From: Takakia lepidozioides
Lineage: Eukaryota > Plantae > Bryophyta
DNA: 64,000 nucleotides
Direction of reading: 5' to 3'
Assembly: GCA_030704615.1 (NCBI GenBank)
Contig: CM060732.1
Span: 55,490,001-55,554,000 of the forward strand
Shown here: one piece after another, positions 26,149 through 36,975 of the stretch
Position numbering within the stretch: the stretch's first letter is position 1
Layout of the letters: the number at the start of each line of letters is the position of its first letter
The notes under the pieces: generated by a model
Database searches by the model: none
Seen by the model: only the letters and a program-made list of their open reading frames with translations
Told to the model about the DNA's origin: nothing
Translations under genes and position numbers: made by a program

Positions 26149-27243
26149 TTATTGATATTGAGTGGGTAATGTCGAAGTACCTTTGTCTGTTGTGGTCTTG
26201 ATCGGAGTCGCATAAAGTGCAAATGCCGCATTTTTTTTGGTAGCTCTCATGAAAGCTCTAGCTCCAAGGAACATGGGTTGAATATCTTTGATATTTCTAC
26301 ATTTTTGTCTTGCAGAAAATTTTCGCGATCGCCAGTCGATATCAGGATTGTGAAGTACGAACCAGGGAAGTCCAAGGATCACAGGATTCGTAGACTCTCG
26401 CATCAAGTATAAACGTCTTGAATATTTCGTACATTGGAAAGGCTACGACATTAGCGAACGAACGTGTGAACCTTCATCCAACCTTGCCAATGCATCTGAC
26501 AAAGTCCAAGAGTTTCATCAGCAATATCCAGCTAAGCCCCGAGCTACACGTCAACAAGACGTCACAACGATGATGTCAGCCAAGTTAACTTCAAAGTGAA
26601 GACTCCACATTCAATGTATCTGATACACACTAAAGAGGGAGGTTCTCCAACTCTAAGCAAGTCCAAGATTTTACCGCTCCTCGAAGAACTCGGCGCTGGA
26701 GGAGGGGGTGATGTCACGGACATAGCCTAGAGGAACTTACCAGGAGTAAATACTAGAAGTTACCAAGTTACCAAAAGTTACCGTGATCTACCATAAGTTA
26801 CCATAAGTTACCAAATTACCGAGAGTTTATCAAATTACCGAGAGTAACTTGGGAAACTGCTCAGGAAGCTTCCTTTGGAGGAAACTTCTCCATCAAGATA
26901 CCTCATTTGCTTAATGAAACTTCTCCATCAAGAAACCTCTTTTGGGAAAGCCTCTTAAGGAACCTCCTAGTAGCCAGTACATATAGGAGGCGACACTGGA
27001 CACTCTGCAGTCTACAAGTTCAAGCTACTCTTGTTCCTAGTCCTAGTACCCCAGTCCAGTTCCCAGCATTCAAGTATTCGAGTCGAGTTCCAGTATCTTG
27101 TACTCTTGTCCATTGTTATAAATATCATCTTGATTCATGTTTATCCACCGTGCATTCGGCCCCGCCGACCTTGACTTCTTGTCTAGTCTTGTACCTCTAG
27201 TCTGATCGCTTATTTGTGTTCAATCATGTTCTCGTCCTTGACA
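26149..27243 (+). mobile_element. Chromovirus (Tcn1-like Ty3/Gypsy) 3' remnant: inverted protease piece, chromodomain, PPT and LTR 26712-27243
   Basis: Plus strand DSRIKYKRLEYFVHWKGYDISERTCEPSSNLANA..VQEFH (chromodomain); PPT GGAGGAGGGGG; LTR TGTCACGGAC...GTCCTTGACA; minus strand VILGLPWFVLHNPDIDW. Confidence 0.9.
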
Positions 27244-27690
27244 GGTGCTCCATAACAAAGGTTCTCCTTTCGCGATCAGTTTTCTCTTCCAAGTCTGTAA
27301 CCATGTTGAAGCATTGTCGAGTAAAAAAGAGCGTATGAACATTCCGTAGTCCAAATCACTTGATAAAAGGAAGTATGACAGATGTACCTCCATTCAATAA
27401 ATCCACCCTTCTAGCACTCTCAAGGCGCGGCTTCCTTTATGCGCTCGATCTTGCACGTTTAGATCATCTTTTGCAGTAATATATCCGACCCGCCAGCAAC
27501 AAGTCTCGGGCGGTTGATTGTCTTACTTGTTTAAGCTCCTCCATCACCTTATTGTTTTGTTGTTGGGTCGTGACAAGAACATTCTGCAAGTCGTGCGCTC
27601 CATTATCCATACCGTTTGGTCATTGGCTTGATGAGTAATGTGTGCGTTGTCCACCATTTCTTCGTTGTCCACCATCTTGCTCCCTACTCC
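27244..27690 (-). mobile_element. Degenerate retrotransposon gag N-terminal fragment
   Basis: Minus-strand translation LEGWIY*MEVHL...FIRSFLLDNASTWLQTW resembles a gag capsid start. Confidence 0.45.
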
Positions 27691-28254
27691 TTGCTTCGTA
27701 GTGTTTGTCTTCCCAAATTGTACATTATATCTGTTTTTCTATCCTAATACAATATGTAAATCATACAATCTCAAATCATCCCGTACGTGACTATTGGTAA
27801 TACAAAATGAACGTTTGAACTCATGACAACGTTTCTGAATTCTACTCCCAATTCTGCAACTAAAAACCTTACCAGATAATGTTTGTCGATGGCGCACACA
27901 TTGATACTAAATACATTTGGCGGTGAAAAATTAGGCGGTAGGTATCTACCTCGATCCATGACCTACGTATATACACATATATATACCTTTCAATCTCTAA
28001 TTATAGGAAAGACAACAAGTCATGGATTTTGTAACACTTCTTAATCGTTCTTCCCCAAATCTCCGTACTATCATATTTGGAAGACTGGATATGTTGTATG
28101 GGTTTGGGGAGGGATGGAGTGATCCACATATGAGCCTGCCTCGGGGGCCCGAGTGTCATTAGCCCGGCCAGTGGCCTGAGCCTGATGCGCTAGAAGGAAG
28201 TCATCGTCCGATTGCCTCAGATGACCAGCTGATCCAATTGCGCAGATTTCAGAC

Positions 28255-28987
28255 CTAGGGGAGGTCACTCGGCATGAATTCTAAACCATGTGCAATAAAA
28301 CATATGGTCCAACAAATTTTAAGAAATAAAAATTCTAAAAGATTTAATTTTAACAAATAGTGGTGGAATTATGAAAATTACATTATAAAAAAACATAGGG
28401 GTACTTATTTGCCTTTGTGGTACAATTTTTTTAAAGAATGTATGGTAAGAAAAAAAAATGGAGGGTCAAGGCACCCCATTGATCTCATGAACAAGTCACC
28501 AAGAAGATTGCTACTGCGGGGCTAACTATCATGGTCTTACTGAATTGGTTTACTAAGGCCCGGGGGAATCTTAAGTTCAAATATGATGGGTACTGATCCT
28601 AAATGGATAGATGTAGATATGATTATCTCTATTGTCACTTTAACTTATCAACCAGAGAACAACTTGTATGTGTTAGATAATAATGATGCAGACTCATTGA
28701 ATGAGTTTGTTAGTGACCGACAGTAGGCCATATTTGCTTGAATAAAGTTCATGTATTTTGTTGTGCATGTGCTGCTACTATTTTACTTTCTCCCTTCAAA
28801 TTGAATTTTATATAATACTTTAAAATAAATGTAGGTGTTTAATAAGACAATCTAGTATTTTTTACAATTCAAAATAGGGTGTCTATAAAAGACCCGTATT
28901 ACAAAATTATGTAATGTTGCAAGGGTACACAAAAATAATAGTAATAATAATAATAACCCCCCAACTATATCCCTTTGTTCGTAGATG
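28255..28987 (+). mobile_element. Deleted DNA-transposon-like repeat with further copies at 23639-24724 (inverted) and 32024-32240 (direct)
   Basis: 28685-28987 is the reverse complement of 23639-23664 plus 24435-24724; 28255-28460 matches 32024-32240; coding remnant KWIDVDMIISIVTLTY...LNEFV*. Confidence 0.7.
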
Positions 28988-29409
28988 ATCACAAAGTTCT
29001 ACAAAAAGTGACATGGACCTCGGGGTTGCTGACTGTTACCATAATCACTTGGTTCAAACCATGAGGCCAGTGATGGACACGACATAGTTCCCATGGGCCC
29101 AACACTCTCATTGAGAAAGCTGCACGAAGCAGCAGTAACCAAAGTTTAACTAGTTAAAAAACAGACATACACTTTTGTGCCTTTAGGGAAAACATGCTAT
29201 CTTGCAACCTTTATGCGTGTGTGTGTGTGCAAGATTCCTCATCACACACACACACACACACACATTGCCCTAAATGCAGAAAAAAGAGTACCGAAATTTC
29301 ATAGTTGTAGCTGCATATGGATCAACAGCATACGAATGCATTTGTATATGAGCACCGACATGGATACACACATCAAACTAAATAATTAGTTGCCTAATTG
29401 AACTTGGAT

Positions 29410-30713
29410 CTTCACTTGAACATCTTCCTGCCTCTGACTGCAAATTCTTGATCCGCAACCTCCTCATCATCAGCATGTACTAGCGCAGATTCATGCAAAG
29501 CGCGTCAACACCATTGCCACACCAAACTCCCACCAACGTTCGCCAGATTGAAACTTACATCGTATTATGTATTATAATTCATGGTGCCATCAGCCCTCAT
29601 ACAAAAAGCCATTATTGAGAAAGATCACACTTCTTCGCTGCACTTGTAGTATGCAGCTCCAATTGAGGTGCACGTCTCTATATAGTTGTGTCCATACGGC
29701 ACCAACACCCCGTTGACGTTGCCTAAATAATAGTGGAGACCAACACCCCATCGACGTTGCTTAATCAACTATTATTTAGGCAACGACGACAGGGTGTCAG
29801 TGCCGTATTGACACAACTATATAGAGATATCTGCCATAAATATCTCGTGTTCTTGTGCCCCTGACTGGTAAAGAGGCAGCAGGCCCTAAGAATAGTCCCG
29901 TCAAGATATGGTCCCAAGCAAGTATAAGTAAAACCACCACAATACTGTTTTGAACAGTCATGCCACAACATACACACACATCCATGAATTAATCATTTGT
30001 ATCCGCGTCTGTTGGAAATTGGAACAATAAATGCATAGGATACATGTCGAGAGCATATTGTCATTCCAGTAGCACACTTCATCCAAATCCACGAGCAGTA
30101 GGTGGGTACGAATTCGAAAAATTTGAACAAAAAGTGAATTTTGTTTTTTTTTATTTAAAAAAAAATGTAGCTGGAGGTATCTATTAGTGCTGCACGGATA
30201 GTTGATATATTTTATATCAACCGGTTACGGATGTTTGACTTTAACCCGATACTTAGAGAACCGTAATATATATCTATAACACTCAACTCCAAAAGCACCC
30301 ACAACAATGGACAGGTTGATTATCGAAAATCTACTGCAAGACATGAAGTTGACTGCAAAATCTTGCCATGGAAGCACCATACCAAAATTCACCGACGAAA
30401 AGTATTTTGATCAGCAGGTAGCTGCAGAAGACTGAGAGATGAGGAGCATTGGACAATCACGGGTTCCAGGAGTAGATTAGAACTCCAAATGTACGATAAG
30501 CAATAATAATGATTCATAGTTCATTAAATAACACTGGTACTAGTCAAATGAGATGAACAACACCAAACACATGAGGGAGGACATAACAATTTCCAACTAT
30601 TGGAGATGCTTATAATTCACTTCACGCGGGTCACCCTGTGCTTGAGCTCCATTGAGCACTACCGACATACAGAGCACAGCTAGAACCGCCATCTTTTGCC
30701 ATGAATTAGCCAT
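29410..30713 (-). pseudogene. Putative small secreted cysteine-rich protein gene, interrupted by a hairpin MITE
   Basis: Signal-peptide exon MANSWQKMAVLAVLCMSVVLNGAQAQ followed by a GT; downstream segments YCGGFTYTCLGPYLDG..RACC and ETCTSIGAAYYKC. Exon phases could not be fully reconciled. Confidence 0.4.
29683..29819. mobile_element. 137-bp hairpin MITE with TA duplication
   Basis: About 55-bp inverted arms (TAGTTGTGTC...GCCTAAATAATAGT and reverse complement); removal restores CTCTATATAGAG. Confidence 0.8.
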
Positions 30714-31274
30714 GAAAATAAAAATAAAAATAAAAATAATTAGCCATGATATTGATCTTCGCTTGGAGCTCACGTCGAGGAACGAATCACAGGAGACCGA
30801 TGCTTGCAACTGTTGTCTATCTTCCTACCCACCAAGATGGCCTTAGATCATAGCTGGTATATGGTATCAGGATGAGAAACTACTAGTACTGAATCCTTGC
30901 GAGTGATGTTATGATTGGTAGACCTGCATACTTGAGTTTTGTGAGTGATAATGGAGTGTTACCACTATCCTGCCTTCTTAAAATATACTAGGTTCAACCA
31001 CTGGGTTATTGGGAACGGGGTTGGTGCGTAAATAGTAGCGAAGCCAGCTTGTGTACTAACCACGTTTTGATCTTGTTACCATGTTGGACTGTGTGGTGTG
31101 TCGTTTACGAACTTACAACTGATTTTTTTTATTGCGTGTGAAACACGTCATTTCCCTACGTAAAGACCAATGTTCAGCGGGTATTACATTTTTTAATATC
31201 AGCCAGGTCCTGGTATTGAAAACAAATTGTATTTCAATACCAGCCGGTTCCATAGTATTGGAATATTCACTTAA

Positions 31275-31939
31275 CCCCTAAGTGCCCGCGAGGCCCCAAA
31301 CGGGCCGTTTCGGTTTTGGACGGGCTGTACAAGGCATAGATCTGGGTCGATTTGAGTGTTTTTTGGTGCTGCGAAAGGCCCTCCGCGTCAGCTAGGGGCA
31401 TGCAAAAGGGATTCGGCTGATTCAATTTTAGCCGTGAGATCTTAGGGTTTGAGTGGTAGGGGGGTCGGCGGTTGCCTTCCTCCCGCGTTTTCTTCTCGCT
31501 TCCCACGCGCTTCTCTCTCTCGTGCTCTATCGCTCACGCCAGGTCACAGCAGGGAGCCGTTGACTACCCACCAGGGGCTGTATTCTTGGCCAAATGGCCT
31601 GATTTTTGCTTTGACAGGTGCAGCACCTCACTCGGATGAAAAACTCTGTCCATCAGCCTCATCCATTTCCAACCCGCCACTCAAATTTCGAAAAAACAAA
31701 AGTTTTCCTGTGAAAACTTGACACATGTCCAAAAAATGGGCCCCACATGCAACGGTGGGGTTTATGCAGATCTGGCATGATTGGCCCTAAATTTGGCATG
31801 CAGGGGCAGGGGGTAGGTGGGGAGAGCTTGTCTGGTCAATTTTCCAAAATTATAAAAAAAATCAAAAATTACGAAGGATTTTGTGGCAGGGGGTCTGGTT
31901 TTTTGTGGAAAGTCAAGCATGCCTGCGGGTGTTTAGCGG
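31275..31939. mobile_element. piggyBac-like non-autonomous element (TTAA TSD, CC...GG termini)
   Basis: TTAA|CCCCTAAGTGCCCGCGAGG ... CCTGCGGGTGTTTAGCGG|TTAA; imperfect TIRs. Confidence 0.6.
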
Positions 31940-32374
31940 TTAATTCTAATATCCGCCGGTTCTCAATAGTAGTATGATTTTTAATTTGTGGACGGGTATC
32001 AATAGGACGGGTATTTGTCATACCCTAGGAAAAGTCACTCGGCATGAATTCCAAACCATGTGCGATAAAACATAGGGTCCAACAAATTCTTAAAAAATAA
32101 AATTTCTAAAAGATTTAATTTTAACAAAGGATTGTGGTATTATGAACATTCCATTTAAAAAAAAAATAGGGGGTACTTTTTTGCCTTTGTGTTACAAATT
32201 TCTTAAAAAGAATATATGGAAAGGGAAAAAAAGAGGGGGGGGCGGGGTTTGTAGATCTAGGATTCCCTTCACCATTATGATTCCTCTGGGTGGATGAACG
32301 TAAGTAGGTGACTATGGATGAAGTATTGTCTTCCATCTTAACTAACTAAGGAACAAACTTTAGTTTCGCCAAAC

Positions 32375-32645
32375 TGTCGAGGACGAGAACATGATTGAAC
32401 ACAAACAAGAGATCAGACTAAAGGTACAAGACTAGACAAGAAGTCAACGGCGGGCCCGAATGCACGGTGGGTAAACATGAATCAAGATAATCTTTATAAC
32501 AATGGACAAGAGTACAAGATACTAGAACTCGACTCGAATACTGGGAACTGGATTGGGGTACCAGATACTGGAAACTGGATTGGAGTACTGGAAGCTGGAC
32601 TGGGGTACTGGGATTGAGAACAATACAATAGTAGCTTGAACTTGT
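32375..32645 (-). mobile_element. Partial LTR of the same chromovirus family as 26712-27243, cut by a CACTA insertion
   Basis: Reverse complement of about 27014-27243; similarity stops exactly at CACTAC 32646. Confidence 0.85.
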
Positions 32646-33050
32646 CACTACAACAGATGAGCGTTTTTATGACTGCACATATGACTATTTTTTCAGTCCT
32701 ATATGCGTTCATGACTACATCACTCTATAGTGAAAAAAACCCTGTCATAGCGACTAGTCTTTAGGACTGCATTTTGCAAGTCATAGCCGTGACTGCGTGC
32801 GTGGCACCTGGAGTCATGCATAAGAGAGTGATGTAGTTACAACTCTATGACTTACATACGACTAACTATATGACTACATTGTCTGATGAGCGTTGCCTAC
32901 ATGGAGAGGCTTTAGAGGAACACGTGCACCACTGCGCAAGCGACACGTCACGACACCTGTTGCACTTCAGATGTGACATGTGGCACTTAGACATAATATA
33001 TGACTAGCATATATGGCAGGGTTTATGCCACGTGTCATCAAGAATGTCTC
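32646..33050 (+). mobile_element. CACTA element end with ATGACT subterminal repeats (partner end not found)
   Basis: CACTACAACAG terminus inserted in an LTR, followed by repeated ATGACT/AGTCAT. Confidence 0.8.
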
Positions 33051-33459
33051 TGAAAATAATTTAATAGTTATATTTGTAATTTTAAACTCTTAAATTTATA
33101 TTTTATTTTTGAAAACAGGGGATAGCAGCTTGGAATTTTTTATTAAATGGTATTATTGTTTAATTTAATAATGTTATATAAAATAAAAATAGATTAAATG
33201 ATTTAAATTCTTCATTATATGGTGAAATTCTGATATAAAAACAGAATGGACCCCTCTTGCATACTAGCAACCACAAGGACATTCAAAATAGACAAGTACA
33301 GGGAAATACACGCCCTGTAAATTATATTACAAAAATCCAAATGAGACCAATGTCCCAATGGACACCTCAAAGGCCACAAGGTCCAAAAATCCATGCCTGA
33401 AAAGGTCCAGTAAGCAAAAATACTAGTTTGTTTTGGTGCTACTAGAATCAAGGACCCTG

Positions 33460-34089
33460 TTAAACAATGCAATACTTTCGGCCGATTTGATAAGAGGGAA
33501 AAACAGGGTGAAATGTGTTGAAGAAGGTGCCTTGATTAACAGTGCCTGATTTGATCAATTGTGCCGCTGCTGCTGCGGCTTCCAGTTGACCATCTACCCA
33601 TGCAGGTTTCTTGTACCTATCTTTCCACATGGAATCATAGGTAATATGGAGCTTGAAATCCGGCCCTACCGGGGGGATATAAAGCTCATCGTCTTCCACG
33701 GTGGGAGGTGCGGTCTGGAGGACGCCTGCTGCGCTATGCTGCAGCGGTTGACGCATTTCCATGGTTGCTGCCCCTTTTGTGTCCGCCTCGACATCCCTGA
33801 CATCTGAAAACTTCGTTGCATTCTCATGGGTGAGTGGAAAATCCAGGTTTTGAGGGTGCTGTAGATGGATACGAGGATGCGAGATTGTAGCGGTTGCCTG
33901 GGTTGTCTCGTAGTTCATGTCGAAAGACTTTGATGTAGGCATATTTGACATTTTCTTTGGAAGTTGGAAGAGCGTATTGGCGGCGAGAGAGTGAGGCGAT
34001 AGGAAAGGAAGGATTCTATGAAGTCTTGAGGCTTGCTCGCAAGCAGTAGGTCCAAATTTGAATTTATTGTTTCTCCACTGTTGGTGCAT
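33460..34089 (-). CDS. Hypothetical 209-aa protein, divergent from the FLASH-like gene; paralogous fragment at 1.2 kb
   Basis: ATG-initiated ORF; coding-frame conservation with 1203-1373; may be truncated after FPSY. Confidence 0.45.
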   Translation of the reverse strand: MHQQWRNNKFKFGPTACEQASRLHRILPFLSPHSLAANTLFQLPKKMSNMPTSKSFDMNYETTQATATISHPRIHLQHPQNLDFPLTHENATKFSDVRDVEADTKGAATMEMRQPLQHSAAGVLQTAPPTVEDDELYIPPVGPDFKLHITYDSMWKDRYKKPAWVDGQLEAAAAAAQLIKSGTVNQGTFFNTFHPVFPSYQIGRKYCIV

Positions 34090-34335
34090 TGTGTGTCTCG
34101 CGGTTCAATTGACCAGACGAAACAGAGGTCGGCACTCATGGCTGATACTTATGAAGATACCGTGTCTTCTCTGGAGCAAGAGGGTCTTTTCTCTTTTACT
34201 CTTCCGTAGCCCTGGACAGCGCCCCGGACTTTAATCCTCACAGGCGCACAACGCATCCTTTGTGCTAGCCTTCTCCCTCCCAGACACGTCTTTGACAGCT
34301 GCAACGAAGGAAAATAGATGCCCACAAATGCTGAA

Positions 34336-34344
34336 AAACCCTAA
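34336..34344 (+). promoter_or_regulatory. Telo-box AAACCCTAA in the divergent promoter
   Basis: Exact motif 64 bp upstream of the ATG at 34408. Confidence 0.55.
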
Positions 34345-34407
34345 CCTTAAAAATAATTCCTTGGCCTCGTCCGCTTTCAACTATCCATCTGTTGCACCAT
34401 AGTCGCA

Positions 34408-36975
34408 ATGTCAGGTGCTCTGTTGTCAAACACAATACAAGGAGGAGGTAATAAGTGCAGTAGCCTCCTGGCCATTCGCCTGCGTGGAGCCGAGCCTCTG
34501 GGTTCGGTGAGAATCTCGGTATGGAACTGTCTCATATAAAAGAGGGAATGCATCAACCAACGAGGATGGTTTTTGGCATTTGCATGACTGCAGAGGAGGC
34601 GGACTTTTTATACAACGATCTATACGAGGATGTTGGCGGGGGCAAGCAATTGCTGAAGACTTCTTTGCAAGAGGTGTGACTGCTTGCTAAAATACACTGG
34701 TGTGGTGTCTGTTAAGGGAAAGAGAGAGGAAAAGAGACCCTTTGTATTACCTCTCAGAATTGTGTTACGCCTAGCCCTGGGCATAAGCTTGTCCTCTGTT
34801 GATTAAGGCCACCTCGAGGAGCATTAAAGAAGAACTGGTGAGAGAAGTGCAGTTTAGCTTCTTAGTTGTATACCAATTGTATGTCGAGTGACAAGTGTGG
34901 GGTGGGTGTGAAGTCTCATATACAACAACCCAACTCTTGGCATTTTATCAAAGAACCATCTGGGGAATCGTACAAGTGGTGTCTAGCATGGCAATATTGT
35001 CCTATCCATTCTGCTTAGCTGGTTATGGTAATATGATGCTCACTGAGGCAGAGTGGCGAGATACTTCCAGAACCAGACCTGCACCTTTCTCTCGCATGAG
35101 CAGATTGTGTGTCTATTCACTGTCGGCACCAGCATGAATCTCTTAGCATACATATTGATGGCGGGCCCATTGGTAAAGTTAGGAAAGGTGCTGAAGTTTG
35201 ATGGCTTGCTGGTTCAGATTGAAGAGCGACTTGAGACCTTCAAGAAACAGGAGGCAGAATTGCAAGAAAGAGTGGAAGCTTTGCAGAAGGAGGTGTGGTT
35301 CAGTCGACCCCATTATCTTGATCTCCACTGTTTCCTTTAAAGGTCTTGAATGTTACAAAGCATTACAATGTACTTGTTTTCTGGTGTTTTCCAGTGCGGT
35401 CATCTGATCTAGATGATCCGGGAAGTTTGTTTCAGTGATAGTGTTTGTCTTCACCCTTGTTCTGGAGTACTTAGATTCTTCTGAGAATATTCTAGTTAGT
35501 GAAGTGAAATGCGTGACTCACACTAGGAGTAGCAGTCAAAAGTGCCTACATCCTAATAGGAGGTACTATCACTAGGTGCTCGCTCTGGGCTATCATTCCT
35601 CTTCTGCTAGTACCATGTGGGTCTCCAGTAGCATGTGGTTTGTGTACTGATTGGCTGGAGGTGGTTGTCAACAGAATGAGGCATTGCAGCAGGGCAAAGC
35701 TGTTTTGATTCGCAACATTTCTTGTCTCTTCAAGGCATGTCATACCTTACTCCGGAGATTCCAAGTTAATATGCTTGATCTTGGAAGCATGTTTTGGCTG
35801 GCAGCTTTACCAGTACTGAACCCTATTTGTACTTCCCAAGCAATGATGGATATTGTCACTCGGGCATTTTGCCAGGGACCTCCAGGAGCTCCATCATGTT
35901 AGCTGAGAAATGCCGAACTATATAATTTATGAGTTGCATTCATTGTAAACTGAAAAGCCCCAAGGTTGGCAAGCAGCCCGAGTAGCACCGGAGAACGAGA
36001 AAGAGTTTTCCAGCCGACCATGCATAGCCCAGGCATAGCATGATTATTGATCCAAGAGAAATTTGGGGAGGGAGAGGATGGGTGTAGACTGGAGAGAGAG
36101 TGCCGGGGTTTGGGCCCAAGGGTGGACTACATTATTGCAGTGTGCTTGTTTGCAGCATTGTGGTAGTTGTGTAAACTCACATGATTGGGTATGTGCTTGT
36201 GTAAGGGAGAGCAGACAGCTCAGATGGAACTTGCAAGGAAAGACAAGCAGATCAAAGAGCTTCGTGATGAGTAATTTCCTGTCATTCCATTCTCCCTTCA
36301 ACAAACATGTCCCTGCTCTGCCTCTCCCCTACAGTGATAGTGCAATGACATCCACTTGTGTCATGTTTTCAGGACTGGTCCATGATCGCTAGAATTAGCC
36401 GAGTTTCAGTTTCATGAGTATCCAAATTTAGCAGACTGGATGAGGGCTCTAAATTGATGGGGTGAATCGCTAAGGACCTGAAATTGATTTGGCTCATAGG
36501 TTTTTCTCTCCTCCTTCTCTTGTCCCTGATGTGTACCCATTTCCAGCATATTAAAACTGCCCTGGAACCCACTTGTTGGTGAAAATTCACATATATCTAC
36601 CGAATGATCTAGTTGTAATGTTGGTAAATCTGTTGGGGTGTTTTCAACCTTCAAAGAAGGCCAAGTTGGAGCACCACTACTGTCTGTTGCCCAAGGTCTT
36701 GTCCTCCATTGTGGACAAGAATAAACATCATCACCACTTTCCTTTGTAGTTACTGCAAGAAGATTTTATTGGTCTTAGAATCCATTCACTTAGCTAACAC
36801 CTAACTGCAGTAGTTACAGCTTCATTGGTTGATTCTCAGGCTCAATGGGCTTTGGCAGGAACATGCGACTGAAGATGAAAGACGCACCAACAGATCCCAG
36901 TCCCTCCCACAACAAAAGGGCAGAATACCTCGCAACTACAGCAAGTGTGGGGCAAGATATAAGGCCAACACTTGA
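34408..36975 (+). CDS. FLASH/CASP8AP2 N-terminal-domain-like coiled-coil protein (~137 aa); exons 34408-34414, 34594-34673, 35218-35292, 35675-35734, 36215-36270, 36840-36975
   Basis: Phase-consistent exons give MSEEADFLYNDLYEDVGGGKQLLKTSLQEIEERLETFKKQEAELQERVEALQKENEALQQGKAVLIRNISCLFKTAQMELARKDKQIKELRDELNGLWQEH...; intron 4 uses a GC donor (AAG|GCATGT). The last exon is less certain. Confidence 0.75.
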
